The position numbers were made by a program, and so were the translations under genes. From Acidobacteriota bacterium (GTDB lineage: Bacteria > Acidobacteriota > Vicinamibacteria > Fen-336 > JAGNNV01): 64,000 nucleotides of DNA. The stretch is taken from the NCBI GenBank assembly GCA_032127745.1, contig JAQBHL010000235.1, positions 1,575 to 65,574 on the forward strand, read 5' to 3'. The notes beneath the pieces are model-generated. The model saw nothing but the letters and a program-made list of their open reading frames with translations, was not told where the DNA came from and did no database searches. Below are positions 9,962 through 18,487 of this stretch, in pieces (position 1 is the first letter of the stretch; each line of letters opens with the position of its first letter).

Positions 9962-11431
9962 TTGAGTCTGTCCGGCCGCATCGAAGACCTGCCTCTTCTG
10001 GACATAGTCCAGATCGTGGCCTTCACCCAGCGAACCGGGTATATCCGGGTCGAGACCGAAGTGGGCGTTGGCGCCATCGTGTTTCGAAACGGGCGGGTGG
10101 TCGCCTGCTTCTCGCCCGGATCGTCCGAGCGAGTTCCCCGGACCGCGCTGGCCCCGGCGGAGTGGGAAAAGCGTCTCACCGCCGGAATCGCCGCCGACCT
10201 CGGAGCCCTGTCGCGGCTTCGCGACGGCAATTTCGGGTTCGTGCTTTCGAACGAAGTTCCCAAGCAGATCGAGGGCTACTCGCTGGAGCGGGAGACCCTC
10301 ACGGTGGGCGTGGACGCCCAGGAGCTTCTGCTGGATCTGGCCCGGGAGCTGGACGAGAGCCGGCGCGACGCCGCCACCGCTTTGGGGGCGCCCGAGGCCG
10401 CCCCGGCCATCGAGACGCCCATCCCGCCGGTGGCCAGGGGCACGGAGGTTCGGCCCTCCGTGCTGGTCGTGGACGACGAGCCCGATGTCCGCTCCTTTCT
10501 CATGAAGCGGCTGGTGGAGGGCGGTTACGAGGACGTGGTCGGAGCGGCCACGCTGGAGTCGGCCCTTCAACTGGCGCAGCAGATGGGTCGGGCCGGGTCC
10601 ATGTTTCTGGCCGTGGTGGATCTGTCGATTCCCGACCCCACCGGCGGGGAGCTTTCGGGGGGCCTGGAACTGACCATGCGCCTGCGGGGCTTCGCCAACG
10701 CTCCCCGAGTGGTGCTCGTGACCCCGGACCCGGACCCGAGCATCGTCCGGAAGGGGCGTCAGGCCGGCGCCCGGCGGGTGGTGTTCCGGCCCACTCTGGG
10801 CCGTCTCAACAAGGACCTCTTCGAACGTCATCTTGACGCCTTCTCGACCAAGCTCGTCAGGGTTCTCAGGCAGGTCACAGATGGCCGCCCGCATGGCTCA
10901 GTGGCCTCCGCCGCCCCGATTGGTCTCATCGACGGTCTCGACCTGCTCGGTTGCATCGCGGAGAGTGTCGGCATTCGCGATCTGCTCCTCCGGGTCGCGA
11001 GCGGTATGGTGGAACGGGTCATCCTCCTCATCCGCAGCGAGGACATCCTTTATCCGGCCTCGGGGGTGGGCTTTCCCCTCGGGCCGATGGGGTTCGACCT
11101 CACCCTCTCGGCCTACACCTCGCCTTTCGCCGAGGCTCTTCAGGGTCGCGCGGCTCAGAGCTTCGTGAGCGATGGGGGGTTCTGGAAGGAGATGTCGGCT
11201 CTGTCCATCCTCCGGGGTCGCTCACTGGAGGCGGCCCTCATTCCTCTGCGGGCCCACGGGGATGCGGTCGCACTGCTTTTCGTGGATAACCCGATCTCCG
11301 GGGAGGCTTTGACCCGGCTCGATCCACTTGAAGCCTTTGTCGAGGAAGCCGGCCGGCGACTGGAGGAACTCCGGGACCAGGATATGTCTCGAACCGGCAC
11401 CGTGACCAGAAGGGATACGATTCCGAGGTAA
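9962..11431 (+). CDS. Response regulator with N-terminal DUF4388 (PATAN-type) domain, receiver domain and C-terminal GAF-like domain
   Basis: DUF4388 signature LSGRIEDLPLLDIVQIVAF...GYIRVE, receiver block SVLVVDDEPDVRSFL and a C-terminal ~170-aa GAF-like region. Starts with TTG. Confidence 0.7.
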   Translation: MSLSGRIEDLPLLDIVQIVAFTQRTGYIRVETEVGVGAIVFRNGRVVACFSPGSSERVPRTALAPAEWEKRLTAGIAADLGALSRLRDGNFGFVLSNEVPKQIEGYSLERETLTVGVDAQELLLDLARELDESRRDAATALGAPEAAPAIETPIPPVARGTEVRPSVLVVDDEPDVRSFLMKRLVEGGYEDVVGAATLESALQLAQQMGRAGSMFLAVVDLSIPDPTGGELSGGLELTMRLRGFANAPRVVLVTPDPDPSIVRKGRQAGARRVVFRPTLGRLNKDLFERHLDAFSTKLVRVLRQVTDGRPHGSVASAAPIGLIDGLDLLGCIAESVGIRDLLLRVASGMVERVILLIRSEDILYPASGVGFPLGPMGFDLTLSAYTSPFAEALQGRAAQSFVSDGGFWKEMSALSILRGRSLEAALIPLRAHGDAVALLFVDNPISGEALTRLDPLEAFVEEAGRRLEELRDQDMSRTGTVTRRDTIPR

Positions 11432-11508
11432 TCGATGGCTGACTCAACCAATCGCTATCGGGAGTTGTCCGATTTCTTCGTCAAGACTCAGGACCTCGTC
11501 AGGACATC

Positions 11509-12252
11509 GTGCGCGAGAACGCGCAGTTGCGCGCCTGTCTGCGCGCCTTCGAATCGCTGGGCCAGAACGCTGAGGAGGCCGAGGTTAAGGCCCGGCTGCT
11601 CCGGTCCGAAGAAGAGCGCATGGCGCTCGACCGCAACTTCGGGCAGGCCCAGGGCGAGCTTCTGGGCATCCGGAAACAACTCATGGAGTCCACCCAGCGC
11701 TTCGCCGATTTGACCGAGCAGGTGGACCTCCTCACCAACCTGCACGTCGCCGCCTCCCAGCTCCACGCCTCCCTGGATCCCGCAGCGGTCCTCCGCTCGA
11801 TTCAGGAGATCGCGACCAACCTGGTGGGGGCGGAGGCGTTCCACGTCTTCATCGTCGATGAGAAGACCGGCCGTGCGGAACTGGTTCTGTCCGAGGGCCA
11901 GGAGGCTCTGACGAGCAGCGTGGGCCCGGGCGAGGGCATCATCGGCGCCTGTCTGGAGTCGGGCCTGCCGCACTTCGCCACCGATCCTCGCGTGCGGGCC
12001 GCGACTCCGTTCGAGGCTCCCCTCGCCGTGATCCCCTTCGACCTCAGCGGGGCGGTGGTGGGCCTTCTGAGCATCCACAAGCTCTTCCAGCAGAAGACCG
12101 CCTTCAGTGAACTCGACTTCGAGCTCTTCCGGCTCCTGGGCGCCCAGGCCGCGACCGCGGTGTTTGCCTCGCGCCTGCACATGACCTCGGAAAGGAAGCT
12201 TGCCACCCTTCGCGGCTTCATCGACATGCTCAAGGGGCCGGCCGGCCCCTAA
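11509..12252 (+). CDS. Coiled-coil + GAF domain protein (paralog A); the N-terminus is probably disrupted by a frameshift from an ATG at 11435
   Basis: It aligns with the 17134-17862 protein (LTNLHVAASQLHASLDPAAVLRSIQEIATNLVG versus LANLYVATFKLHGSLERPEVLAAITEILVNLVG). A 22-aa ORF starting 4 nt after the upstream stop continues naturally into this frame. Confidence 0.65.
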   Translation: MRENAQLRACLRAFESLGQNAEEAEVKARLLRSEEERMALDRNFGQAQGELLGIRKQLMESTQRFADLTEQVDLLTNLHVAASQLHASLDPAAVLRSIQEIATNLVGAEAFHVFIVDEKTGRAELVLSEGQEALTSSVGPGEGIIGACLESGLPHFATDPRVRAATPFEAPLAVIPFDLSGAVVGLLSIHKLFQQKTAFSELDFELFRLLGAQAATAVFASRLHMTSERKLATLRGFIDMLKGPAGP

Positions 12253-12306
12253 CCACTGATCGTGCTCGCCGGTGCGAGAGGAGCCGGCCTCGGCTTGGGC
12301 GGGGTC

Positions 12307-13335
12307 TCAGGATCGGGGCAGCATCTCGAGGATTTCGGACGCAATGTTCTGCAGAGGGACGATACGGGAGGCACCTCCCAACGAGATGGCCTCCTTGGGC
12401 ATTCCAAACACCACCGAGGAGGCTTCGTCCTGAGCGATGGTCTGAGCGCCTCGATTTCGCATCTCCAGAAGGCCGGCCGCGCCATCGCGACCCATTCCGG
12501 TGAGCAGGGCCCCCACGCTCCGTGGCCCGAAAGCCTCGGCCACGGAGCGAAACAGGACGTCGACGCTCGGGCGGTGCCGGTTGACGGGGGGCGCGGTGTC
12601 GATCTGAACCACGAAGCGAACCCCGTCCCGGATCACGGACATGTGCCGGTTGCCGGGGGCCAGTAACACCTCGCCCTGCCGGATCGGGTCTCCATCCTCC
12701 GCCTCCTTGACCTGCATGGGCGAGAGGCCGTTCAGACGTCCCGCGAAGGCCTTGGTGAATCCTCCGGGCATATGCTGAACTACAAGCACCGCCGGGGAAT
12801 CGCGCGGCATGGCTCCGAGGAGAAGGGCCAGGGCCTCGGTGCCGCCGGTCGAAGCGCCGATGGCCACCACCCACGAGGCGGCGATGCCTTTCGGAATCTG
12901 GGGTGGCGGCAGGCGCGGGGTTCTCAGGGGGAAGGGTCCGCGCTTCGACATCGCGGCGGCGCGAACCGTATCCACGAGAAGGGTCGCGGTATCGCTCAAG
13001 AAGTCCTTGACCCCGAGGCGGGGTTTGGGGAGGACGTCGATGGCCCCGCGCGCCAGGGCCTCGATCGCCACCGCCGCGTCCTCGCCCGCCCGGGCCGAGC
13101 AGATCACCACCGGAATCGGATCGGTGGCCATGAGCCGGGTGAGAAAGGTCAGACCGTCCATCCCCGGCATTTCGATGTCGAGAACGATCACCTGCGGTCG
13201 GCGGATGGCGATGCGCCGTGACGCGATGAAGGGGTCCGCGGCCAGGGCGACCTGGAACTCGCCGGACCGCTCGAGGAGTTCCTTGAGGGTCTGGCGAACC
13301 AGGGCGGAGTCGTCGACCACCAGGACATCGATCAT
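12307..13335 (-). CDS. cheB: Chemotaxis protein-glutamate methylesterase
   Basis: Receiver MIDVLVVDDSALVRQ...VLDIEMPGMDG and catalytic domain with IGASTGG. The start is trimmed from the 523-aa track ORF, and an ATGA overlap links it to cheR. Confidence 0.9.
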   Translation of the reverse strand: MIDVLVVDDSALVRQTLKELLERSGEFQVALAADPFIASRRIAIRRPQVIVLDIEMPGMDGLTFLTRLMATDPIPVVICSARAGEDAAVAIEALARGAIDVLPKPRLGVKDFLSDTATLLVDTVRAAAMSKRGPFPLRTPRLPPPQIPKGIAASWVVAIGASTGGTEALALLLGAMPRDSPAVLVVQHMPGGFTKAFAGRLNGLSPMQVKEAEDGDPIRQGEVLLAPGNRHMSVIRDGVRFVVQIDTAPPVNRHRPSVDVLFRSVAEAFGPRSVGALLTGMGRDGAAGLLEMRNRGAQTIAQDEASSVVFGMPKEAISLGGASRIVPLQNIASEILEMLPRS

Positions 13336-14201
13336 GACCTTGCCATCTCGGGCTTCCGGTAGATCGCGGGTTTCACCGGACGCTGGCCTTCGATTACCCC
13401 GACCAGACTTTCGGCGTGTCCCACGAACAGAAACCCCCCCGGCTTCAGCGCGCGCCACATGTGATCGATGACCTGGCGCTTGGTCTCCCGGGCGAAGTAG
13501 ATGAGGACATTGCGGCAAAGCACGAGGTCGAAGCTCGCTGCCGGCGCCGAAGGCGCAAGCAGGTTCATTGGCTCGAAACGGATGAGGCGGGCGGGGGAGG
13601 CCCGAAGGCGGATCCGGTCTGCGCCCGCGCTTTCGAAGCACCGGGCGTAGGCGGGCGGGATCTCCTTTTCGCGGGCTACTGGAAAGGTGAGAGTGCGCGC
13701 CGTCGCGAGGGCCCGAGTGGAAAGATCGCTGGCGAAGATGCTGATGCGGTGGCCCTCGGCGGCAGGAAGGCGGGAATCGAGCACGGCGGCGAGGCTCGCC
13801 GGCTCCTCGCCGGTCGAGCAGGCCGCGGACCAGATCTTCCGTTCCCGGTCCAAGGCGTCGCCTTTTTCCCGGCGCCATTGCGGGATGATCGTCTGCTCCA
13901 GAAACTCGAACTGCCAGCCCTCCCGGAAAAGCCTCGTTTCGTTGGTCAGCAGCCGATCGACCAGTTCGGCCATTTCCTCCTTTGGATGCGCGTCCAGATG
14001 CGCGACGTAATCCCGGTAAGAACGCAGCCGCAATTCCCTCAGTCTCCGGCCCAGCCGGGCCATGATCAGCGCCCCTTTGGCCTCGGTCAGGTGAACGCCG
14101 GTGTGGCTCTCCATCAACAGGCGTATCCGGGCGAACTCCCGCGGGCCGAGTTCGGGCAGAGCGGTCGGATCCGGGACCGGAGGCGGGCTCGTGCGCTCCA
14201 T
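13332..14201 (-). CDS. cheR: Chemotaxis protein methyltransferase
   Basis: CheR N-terminal helical domain plus SAM-binding IWSAACSTGEEPASLA. Confidence 0.9.
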   Translation of the reverse strand: MERTSPPPVPDPTALPELGPREFARIRLLMESHTGVHLTEAKGALIMARLGRRLRELRLRSYRDYVAHLDAHPKEEMAELVDRLLTNETRLFREGWQFEFLEQTIIPQWRREKGDALDRERKIWSAACSTGEEPASLAAVLDSRLPAAEGHRISIFASDLSTRALATARTLTFPVAREKEIPPAYARCFESAGADRIRLRASPARLIRFEPMNLLAPSAPAASFDLVLCRNVLIYFARETKRQVIDHMWRALKPGGFLFVGHAESLVGVIEGQRPVKPAIYRKPEMARS

Positions 14202-14251
14202 GAGCCTGTTCTAGGGGCGCGCTTCAGGGACCGCGGAAGCCGGGCGTTGCT

Positions 14252-14803
14252 TCACCTGGAACCATTTCCGGAGGCCAGGTCACGAACCGCGACCTGCTCG
14301 TTCGCGGAGAGGATCCGGTCGAGGTCGATGGCGAGCGCGAATCCGTCATCGAGCTTGAAAAGGCCCTGCAAAAACTCCACCCGGATCTGTGTTCCCACAC
14401 TGGGGGGAGGCTCGAGATCGGCGGGGGCGAGATCATGGATCTCGCTGACCAGGTTGGTCACCAGGCCCAGAGTGCTGGTTTCGCCGCCGAGGTCGGCCTC
14501 GACCAGAACGATGCAGGTCCACTCATCGGGAAGGATGGCCGGTTCGGAGAATTTCACCGCCAGGTCGATCACCGGAACCACTCGGCCACGCAGATTCATC
14601 ACGCCCTTGACCCAGGGCGCGGTTTGAGGGACGGGAGTGAGGGCCACGTGACGGATGATCTCCAGCACCTGGGTCAGCGGAATCAGGTACTGCCCCTTCC
14701 CGATCCGGCAGCGCAGCATCGACCGTTGCGAGCGGGAGGACGAGGCGTTCGGGGCCAGCGGAGGGGATTGGGTAAAGGTCATGGGCGTTCTCTGCAACCT
14801 CAT
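14252..14803 (-). CDS. cheW: Chemotaxis coupling protein
   Basis: CheW fold block YLIPLTQVLEIIRHVALTPVPQTAPWVKGVMNLRGRVVPVIDL. The start overlaps the cheA stop (TGATG); an alternative Met lies at 14782. Confidence 0.85.
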   Translation of the reverse strand: MRLQRTPMTFTQSPPLAPNASSSRSQRSMLRCRIGKGQYLIPLTQVLEIIRHVALTPVPQTAPWVKGVMNLRGRVVPVIDLAVKFSEPAILPDEWTCIVLVEADLGGETSTLGLVTNLVSEIHDLAPADLEPPPSVGTQIRVEFLQGLFKLDDGFALAIDLDRILSANEQVAVRDLASGNGSR

Positions 14804-16500
14804 CAGGACGCCTGCGCCGCGCGCAGCGCCACGGTTCGCTTCATGATGTCGGGAATGTCGAGGATCAGGCCCACGCAGCCATCTCCGAGGATGGCGGCAC
14901 CGAAAACGCTGGTGGCGCTTCGAAGGGCCCGCCCGATGGATTTGACCACGACCGGGGTGTCTCCGATCAGGGCGTCAACAATAAGACCCAGCCGGTGCCC
15001 GGCGTGTTCGACCACCACGATGTGACGATCGAGAGAACCGGCGGTGCCGAGAATCTGCTCTCCAAGCCTCAACACCGGGACCATGCCGGAGGGGAGGCGA
15101 AGCAGGGCGGTGCCGTCGGTCTGATAGGCGAGATCCTTCGGGGTGGCCAGGCACTGCTGGACCATGTCGATCGGGATCAGGTATCGATGAGAGGCCACTT
15201 GCACCAGCAGGCCCCGCAGGACGGCGAGAGTCAGGGGGAGGCGCACGCGGAAGAGGGTTCCCATCCCCGGCTTCGAGAGGACCTCGATGGATCCGGCGAG
15301 GTTCTCGATGGAGGATCTGACCGAATCGAGTCCGACCCCCCGGCCCGAGATCTGCGAGAGCTCGGCCGCGGTGGTGAGACCGGTGGCGAAGACCAGTTGG
15401 GCGGTTTCCCGGTCGTCGTCGCTGGTCTTGATACCCAGGGCCTCGGCGCGTTGGCGGATGGCCGCGAGGTCCAGACCGCCGCCATCGTCCTCGACCTCGA
15501 TCACAACCTGACCGGCGGCGGGAGAGGCGGTCACCGAAATCCGTCCGATCGCGGGCTTGCCCTTGGCCCGCCGGGTGGCGGGGTCCTCGACCCCGTGAGC
15601 GACCGCGTTACGCACCAGGTGCAGCAAAGCCTCGCTGAGACGATCGACCAGGGCCAGGTCGACCTCGACCTCCTCGCCCGAGATGTGCAAGACCACTTCC
15701 CGGCCCAGGCTCTCGGCCACATCCCGAGCCGTTCTTCGCTGGGAAGCCAGAATGGGACCGAGGGGCACCAGGCGAATGCCCAGGGCCAGGTCGGAGAGCC
15801 GGCCCAGCAGAGGCGTCGCCTCCTCGAGCGCGTCGCGCGTCTCGTCGGACAGGCCCGGCGAAGCCAGGAGGTTCTCGAGGCGGCCGCGGGAGACGGAAAT
15901 CTCGCTCGCCAGTTCGACCAGGGCATCGACGCGGGAGGTCTCGATACGCAGAGTCGGACGGGCCGCGCGAGCGTCCTCGGCGGTTTCTGGTTCGTGGCCG
16001 ACGTCGCCTCCGGTGGCGCGCATCAGGTCACTGGCCCGGCGCCCCCGGGAGCGCTTCCGTTTCCCGCCGCTTGGAGGGGTGTCCCCGGGCTCGCGGGAAG
16101 CCGGCGCGCCGAGGCTTCGCAGGTCCAGGGCCAGGCGTTGCTGGGCCAAAGACATCTGGTCCCCTGCCCGGGCCATCGGCAGGGCCAGCCGGATGGCATC
16201 CACCGCCTTGAGGAGAACGGCGATTGCCGCCTTCCCGGCGGGCTGGCGCTTCCTGATTCCCGACTTGACCACGGCCAGAGCGTCCTCGAAAGCATGGGCG
16301 AGGTGGGTGATCGAGTCGAAACCGAAGATTCCCGCATTGCCCTTCAGGGTATGAGCGTCGCGTTGGAGCGCCTCGATGGGGGAGTCGCTCCCTGGATCGT
16401 GCTCCAGGTCGAGGATCGCGGACTCCATCCTGATCAGGCGCTCCTCGGACTCCGCCAGGTTGACCTGCCGGAGGCGTTCCCAGTCGACGTCATCGTTCAT
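14803..16500 (-). CDS. cheA: Chemotaxis histidine kinase
   Basis: HPt H-box DAHTLKGNAGIFG, dimerisation and HATPase_c domains (GRGVGLD) and a C-terminal CheW-like P5. No fused receiver. Confidence 0.9.
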   Translation of the reverse strand: MNDDVDWERLRQVNLAESEERLIRMESAILDLEHDPGSDSPIEALQRDAHTLKGNAGIFGFDSITHLAHAFEDALAVVKSGIRKRQPAGKAAIAVLLKAVDAIRLALPMARAGDQMSLAQQRLALDLRSLGAPASREPGDTPPSGGKRKRSRGRRASDLMRATGGDVGHEPETAEDARAARPTLRIETSRVDALVELASEISVSRGRLENLLASPGLSDETRDALEEATPLLGRLSDLALGIRLVPLGPILASQRRTARDVAESLGREVVLHISGEEVEVDLALVDRLSEALLHLVRNAVAHGVEDPATRRAKGKPAIGRISVTASPAAGQVVIEVEDDGGGLDLAAIRQRAEALGIKTSDDDRETAQLVFATGLTTAAELSQISGRGVGLDSVRSSIENLAGSIEVLSKPGMGTLFRVRLPLTLAVLRGLLVQVASHRYLIPIDMVQQCLATPKDLAYQTDGTALLRLPSGMVPVLRLGEQILGTAGSLDRHIVVVEHAGHRLGLIVDALIGDTPVVVKSIGRALRSATSVFGAAILGDGCVGLILDIPDIMKRTVALRAAQAS

Positions 16501-16539
16501 GATTCACGGTTCATGATTCACACGGGGTTCATGATTCAC
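16495..16539 (-). repeat. Three direct copies of GTGAATCATGAAC spanning the cheA start codon and its leader
   Basis: On the plus strand, gttcatgattcac occurs at about 16495-16507, 16509-16521 and 16527-16539. On the coding strand each copy carries ATGAAC. Confidence 0.85.
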
Positions 16540-16567
16540 GCGGGACTCGTCTCAGGGTGATCGCCGA

Positions 16568-17086
16568 TCACCGGGCGGACGCTACTCCCTCGCCGGCCGG
16601 GCCGGCCGCGATGGTCGCGGTGGTGGACGAAGTCCCCTCAATGGTCTTGACCTCGAGGATACCCGTTCCGGTGCGGAAGCGAAGCCGCCGCGCGTGGGCG
16701 CCGCCGACATCCTCGAAGCCCACTTCGATGCCGTGGCGGCGCAGCACGCTGCGCGCCATCTCGGCATTGCGCCCGCCCAGACTGTCTCCTTGGGCTCCGA
16801 TCAGTCGGCCCACATTGGCGCCGCCCACGATGCGGGCCTCAAGGTCGCCGGGTCTCGACCCGGAGGCGAACAGACACTGAACCAGGTCCTCACAGGAGGT
16901 GTCGCCGTAGCGGCTGCGCTCGCGAGCGCTTCCTCCTCCCACCGCGAGGAGGAAGTGGTTCATGCCCCCTATCCCGCGAGCCCGGTCAAAAAGGCACACG
17001 GCCACGCATGGACCCAGGATGGTCGTCAGTTCCGCCGGTTCGTGAGGAACCACCCACTGGCCAGGCAGCAGGAAGATCTGCTTCAT
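16568..17086 (-). CDS. cheD: Chemoreceptor glutamine deamidase
   Basis: MKQIFLLPGQ...LGPCVAVCLFD...GGMNHFLL matches the CheD family. The start is trimmed from the 341-aa track ORF. Confidence 0.85.
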   Translation of the reverse strand: MKQIFLLPGQWVVPHEPAELTTILGPCVAVCLFDRARGIGGMNHFLLAVGGGSARERSRYGDTSCEDLVQCLFASGSRPGDLEARIVGGANVGRLIGAQGDSLGGRNAEMARSVLRRHGIEVGFEDVGGAHARRLRFRTGTGILEVKTIEGTSSTTATIAAGPAGEGVASAR

Positions 17087-17133
17087 TTGGGCTGGGCGTT
17101 GCTTCCGTTGTGGCAGGGCTGGTTCCGGGGCGC

Positions 17134-17862
17134 TCAGGCTCGAGAGACGAACAGAGCGGTGGCGGCGTGGGTGGTCAAAAGGTCCATGAGTTCGAGGTCC
17201 ACGTCGCCGAAGCTCCCGCCCTTCTGGGGGAGAAGGGAGAACAGGACTACGGCGCCGCTGAGATCGGATCCCAGGCGCAGGGGAATCACTGCGGTGACAT
17301 TGTCCGGCACCGGAGACGCGGGCAGGGGGTCCCGGCCCGCGATCCATGGGCCGCTGGCCTCGAAGATATCGGCCACGAAACCGGACCCCGCCGGGAGCTC
17401 CTTGATCGGACACGGGTGCGACGGAAATTCTCCAATGAGCTTCAGGTCGCCACTCAACCGCTCGAAGATCCCGAAGTTCTCGCAGCCCACGAGGTTCACC
17501 AGAATTTCCGTGATGGCGGCCAGCACCTCGGGGCGCTCGAGCGAACCGTGAAGCTTGAAGGTGGCGACGTAGAGATTGGCCAGACTCGTGCACTGCTGCT
17601 CCACCAGGGCGGACCGCTCGATATCCCGGCGGTTCTGGGCCAGCGCCTCATCCAGAACGTGTTTGAGCTTCACTCGCTCGGCTCGATGAGCGTCGCGATC
17701 CTCGCGCAGGCTCGAGAGTTCTTCGGAAATCCTGGTGTGCTTCTCTTCGAGTGACGCCACCAGGGACTTGAGCCGCTCGTTCTGCTCGAAGAGCTCCTCG
17801 GCGTGCTGGTGGGCGGACGCGGTCAGTTTCTGAACGAAGGCGCTCTTGTTGATGCGTGTCAT
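17134..17862 (-). CDS. Coiled-coil + GAF domain protein (paralog B), embedded in the che operon
   Basis: About 95 aa of heptad-like, Glu/Leu/Arg-rich N-terminus followed by a GAF-like domain. It is a paralog of 11509-12252 and sits between cheY and cheD with 3-nt and 47-nt gaps. Confidence 0.7.
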   Translation of the reverse strand: MTRINKSAFVQKLTASAHQHAEELFEQNERLKSLVASLEEKHTRISEELSSLREDRDAHRAERVKLKHVLDEALAQNRRDIERSALVEQQCTSLANLYVATFKLHGSLERPEVLAAITEILVNLVGCENFGIFERLSGDLKLIGEFPSHPCPIKELPAGSGFVADIFEASGPWIAGRDPLPASPVPDNVTAVIPLRLGSDLSGAVVLFSLLPQKGGSFGDVDLELMDLLTTHAATALFVSRA

Positions 17863-17865
17863 CGA

Positions 17866-18240
17866 TCAGTCATCTCCCAGGAGGGCGCGAACCTTGGCCA
17901 CCAGCTCCGTCGCGTTCACGGGCTTGGTGACGTAGTCGTTGCAGCCGGCGGCGAAGCCCTGAGCGATGTACTCTTCCTCGCCCCGGGTGGTGATGAGGAT
18001 GACCGGGATCAGGCGCGTGACCTCGTTCTGCCGCAGGGCCCGGCACGCCTCGATGCCGTTCATCCGGGGCATCATGACGTCCATGACCACCAGATCCGGA
18101 GGGGATGCGACGGCCTTGTCGACCGCCTCCTGTCCGTCCTTGGCCGAGACGACGTGGTACGGCTGTCGACCCAGCAGCATGGTGTTCATCATGAGCGCGG
18201 TGGGGGAGTCGTCGACGACGAGCACAGTCTTTTTTGGCAT
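17866..18240 (-). CDS. cheY: Single-domain response regulator
   Basis: MPKKTVLVVDDSPTALMM...VVMDVMMPRMNG...DYVTKP, 124 aa. The start is trimmed from the 279-aa track ORF. Confidence 0.85.
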   Translation of the reverse strand: MPKKTVLVVDDSPTALMMNTMLLGRQPYHVVSAKDGQEAVDKAVASPPDLVVMDVMMPRMNGIEACRALRQNEVTRLIPVILITTRGEEEYIAQGFAAGCNDYVTKPVNATELVAKVRALLGDD

Positions 18241-18487
18241 TGGCAGGTTGCTTCCGATGGAATGGTGGGGGTTGAGCCTACTTCCGCGCCCGCTGAGAGT
18301 TAAACGCCAGGCCACGTTAAGGCCTCTTGTGGGGTGTTCAAAATCGAGATGGAGAGAACCCCCAGCCTCCATGGGCCCGGAATCGCGGAAGAGCGGCGCC
18401 CGGACGGGCTTGGTAGACTGGCTCGTGTTGCCGAGCCATAACTCTTCTCCCCCTGACTGGCAGCCCATTTCTCTGGCCTCGCCGTTC

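Noticed and set aside
12307-13878. Long N-terminal extensions of track ORFs: cheB as 523 aa, cheD as 341 aa, cheY as 279 aa, enoyl-CoA hydratase as 398 aa, type III PKS as 533 aa, tolR as 203 aa and rpmE as 111 aa.
   Set aside because: The extensions overlap the upstream gene in another frame and have junk-like composition. Internal Met/Val starts give family-typical lengths and operon-style ATGA/TGATG junctions.
18241-18370. Sigma-54-like TGGC...TTGC strings in the cheY/rimO divergent spacer (tggcaggttgc on plus, tggcctggcgttt on minus).
   Set aside because: The spacing between the GG and GC elements does not fit the -24/-12 consensus (TGGCAC-N5-TTGC) in either case.
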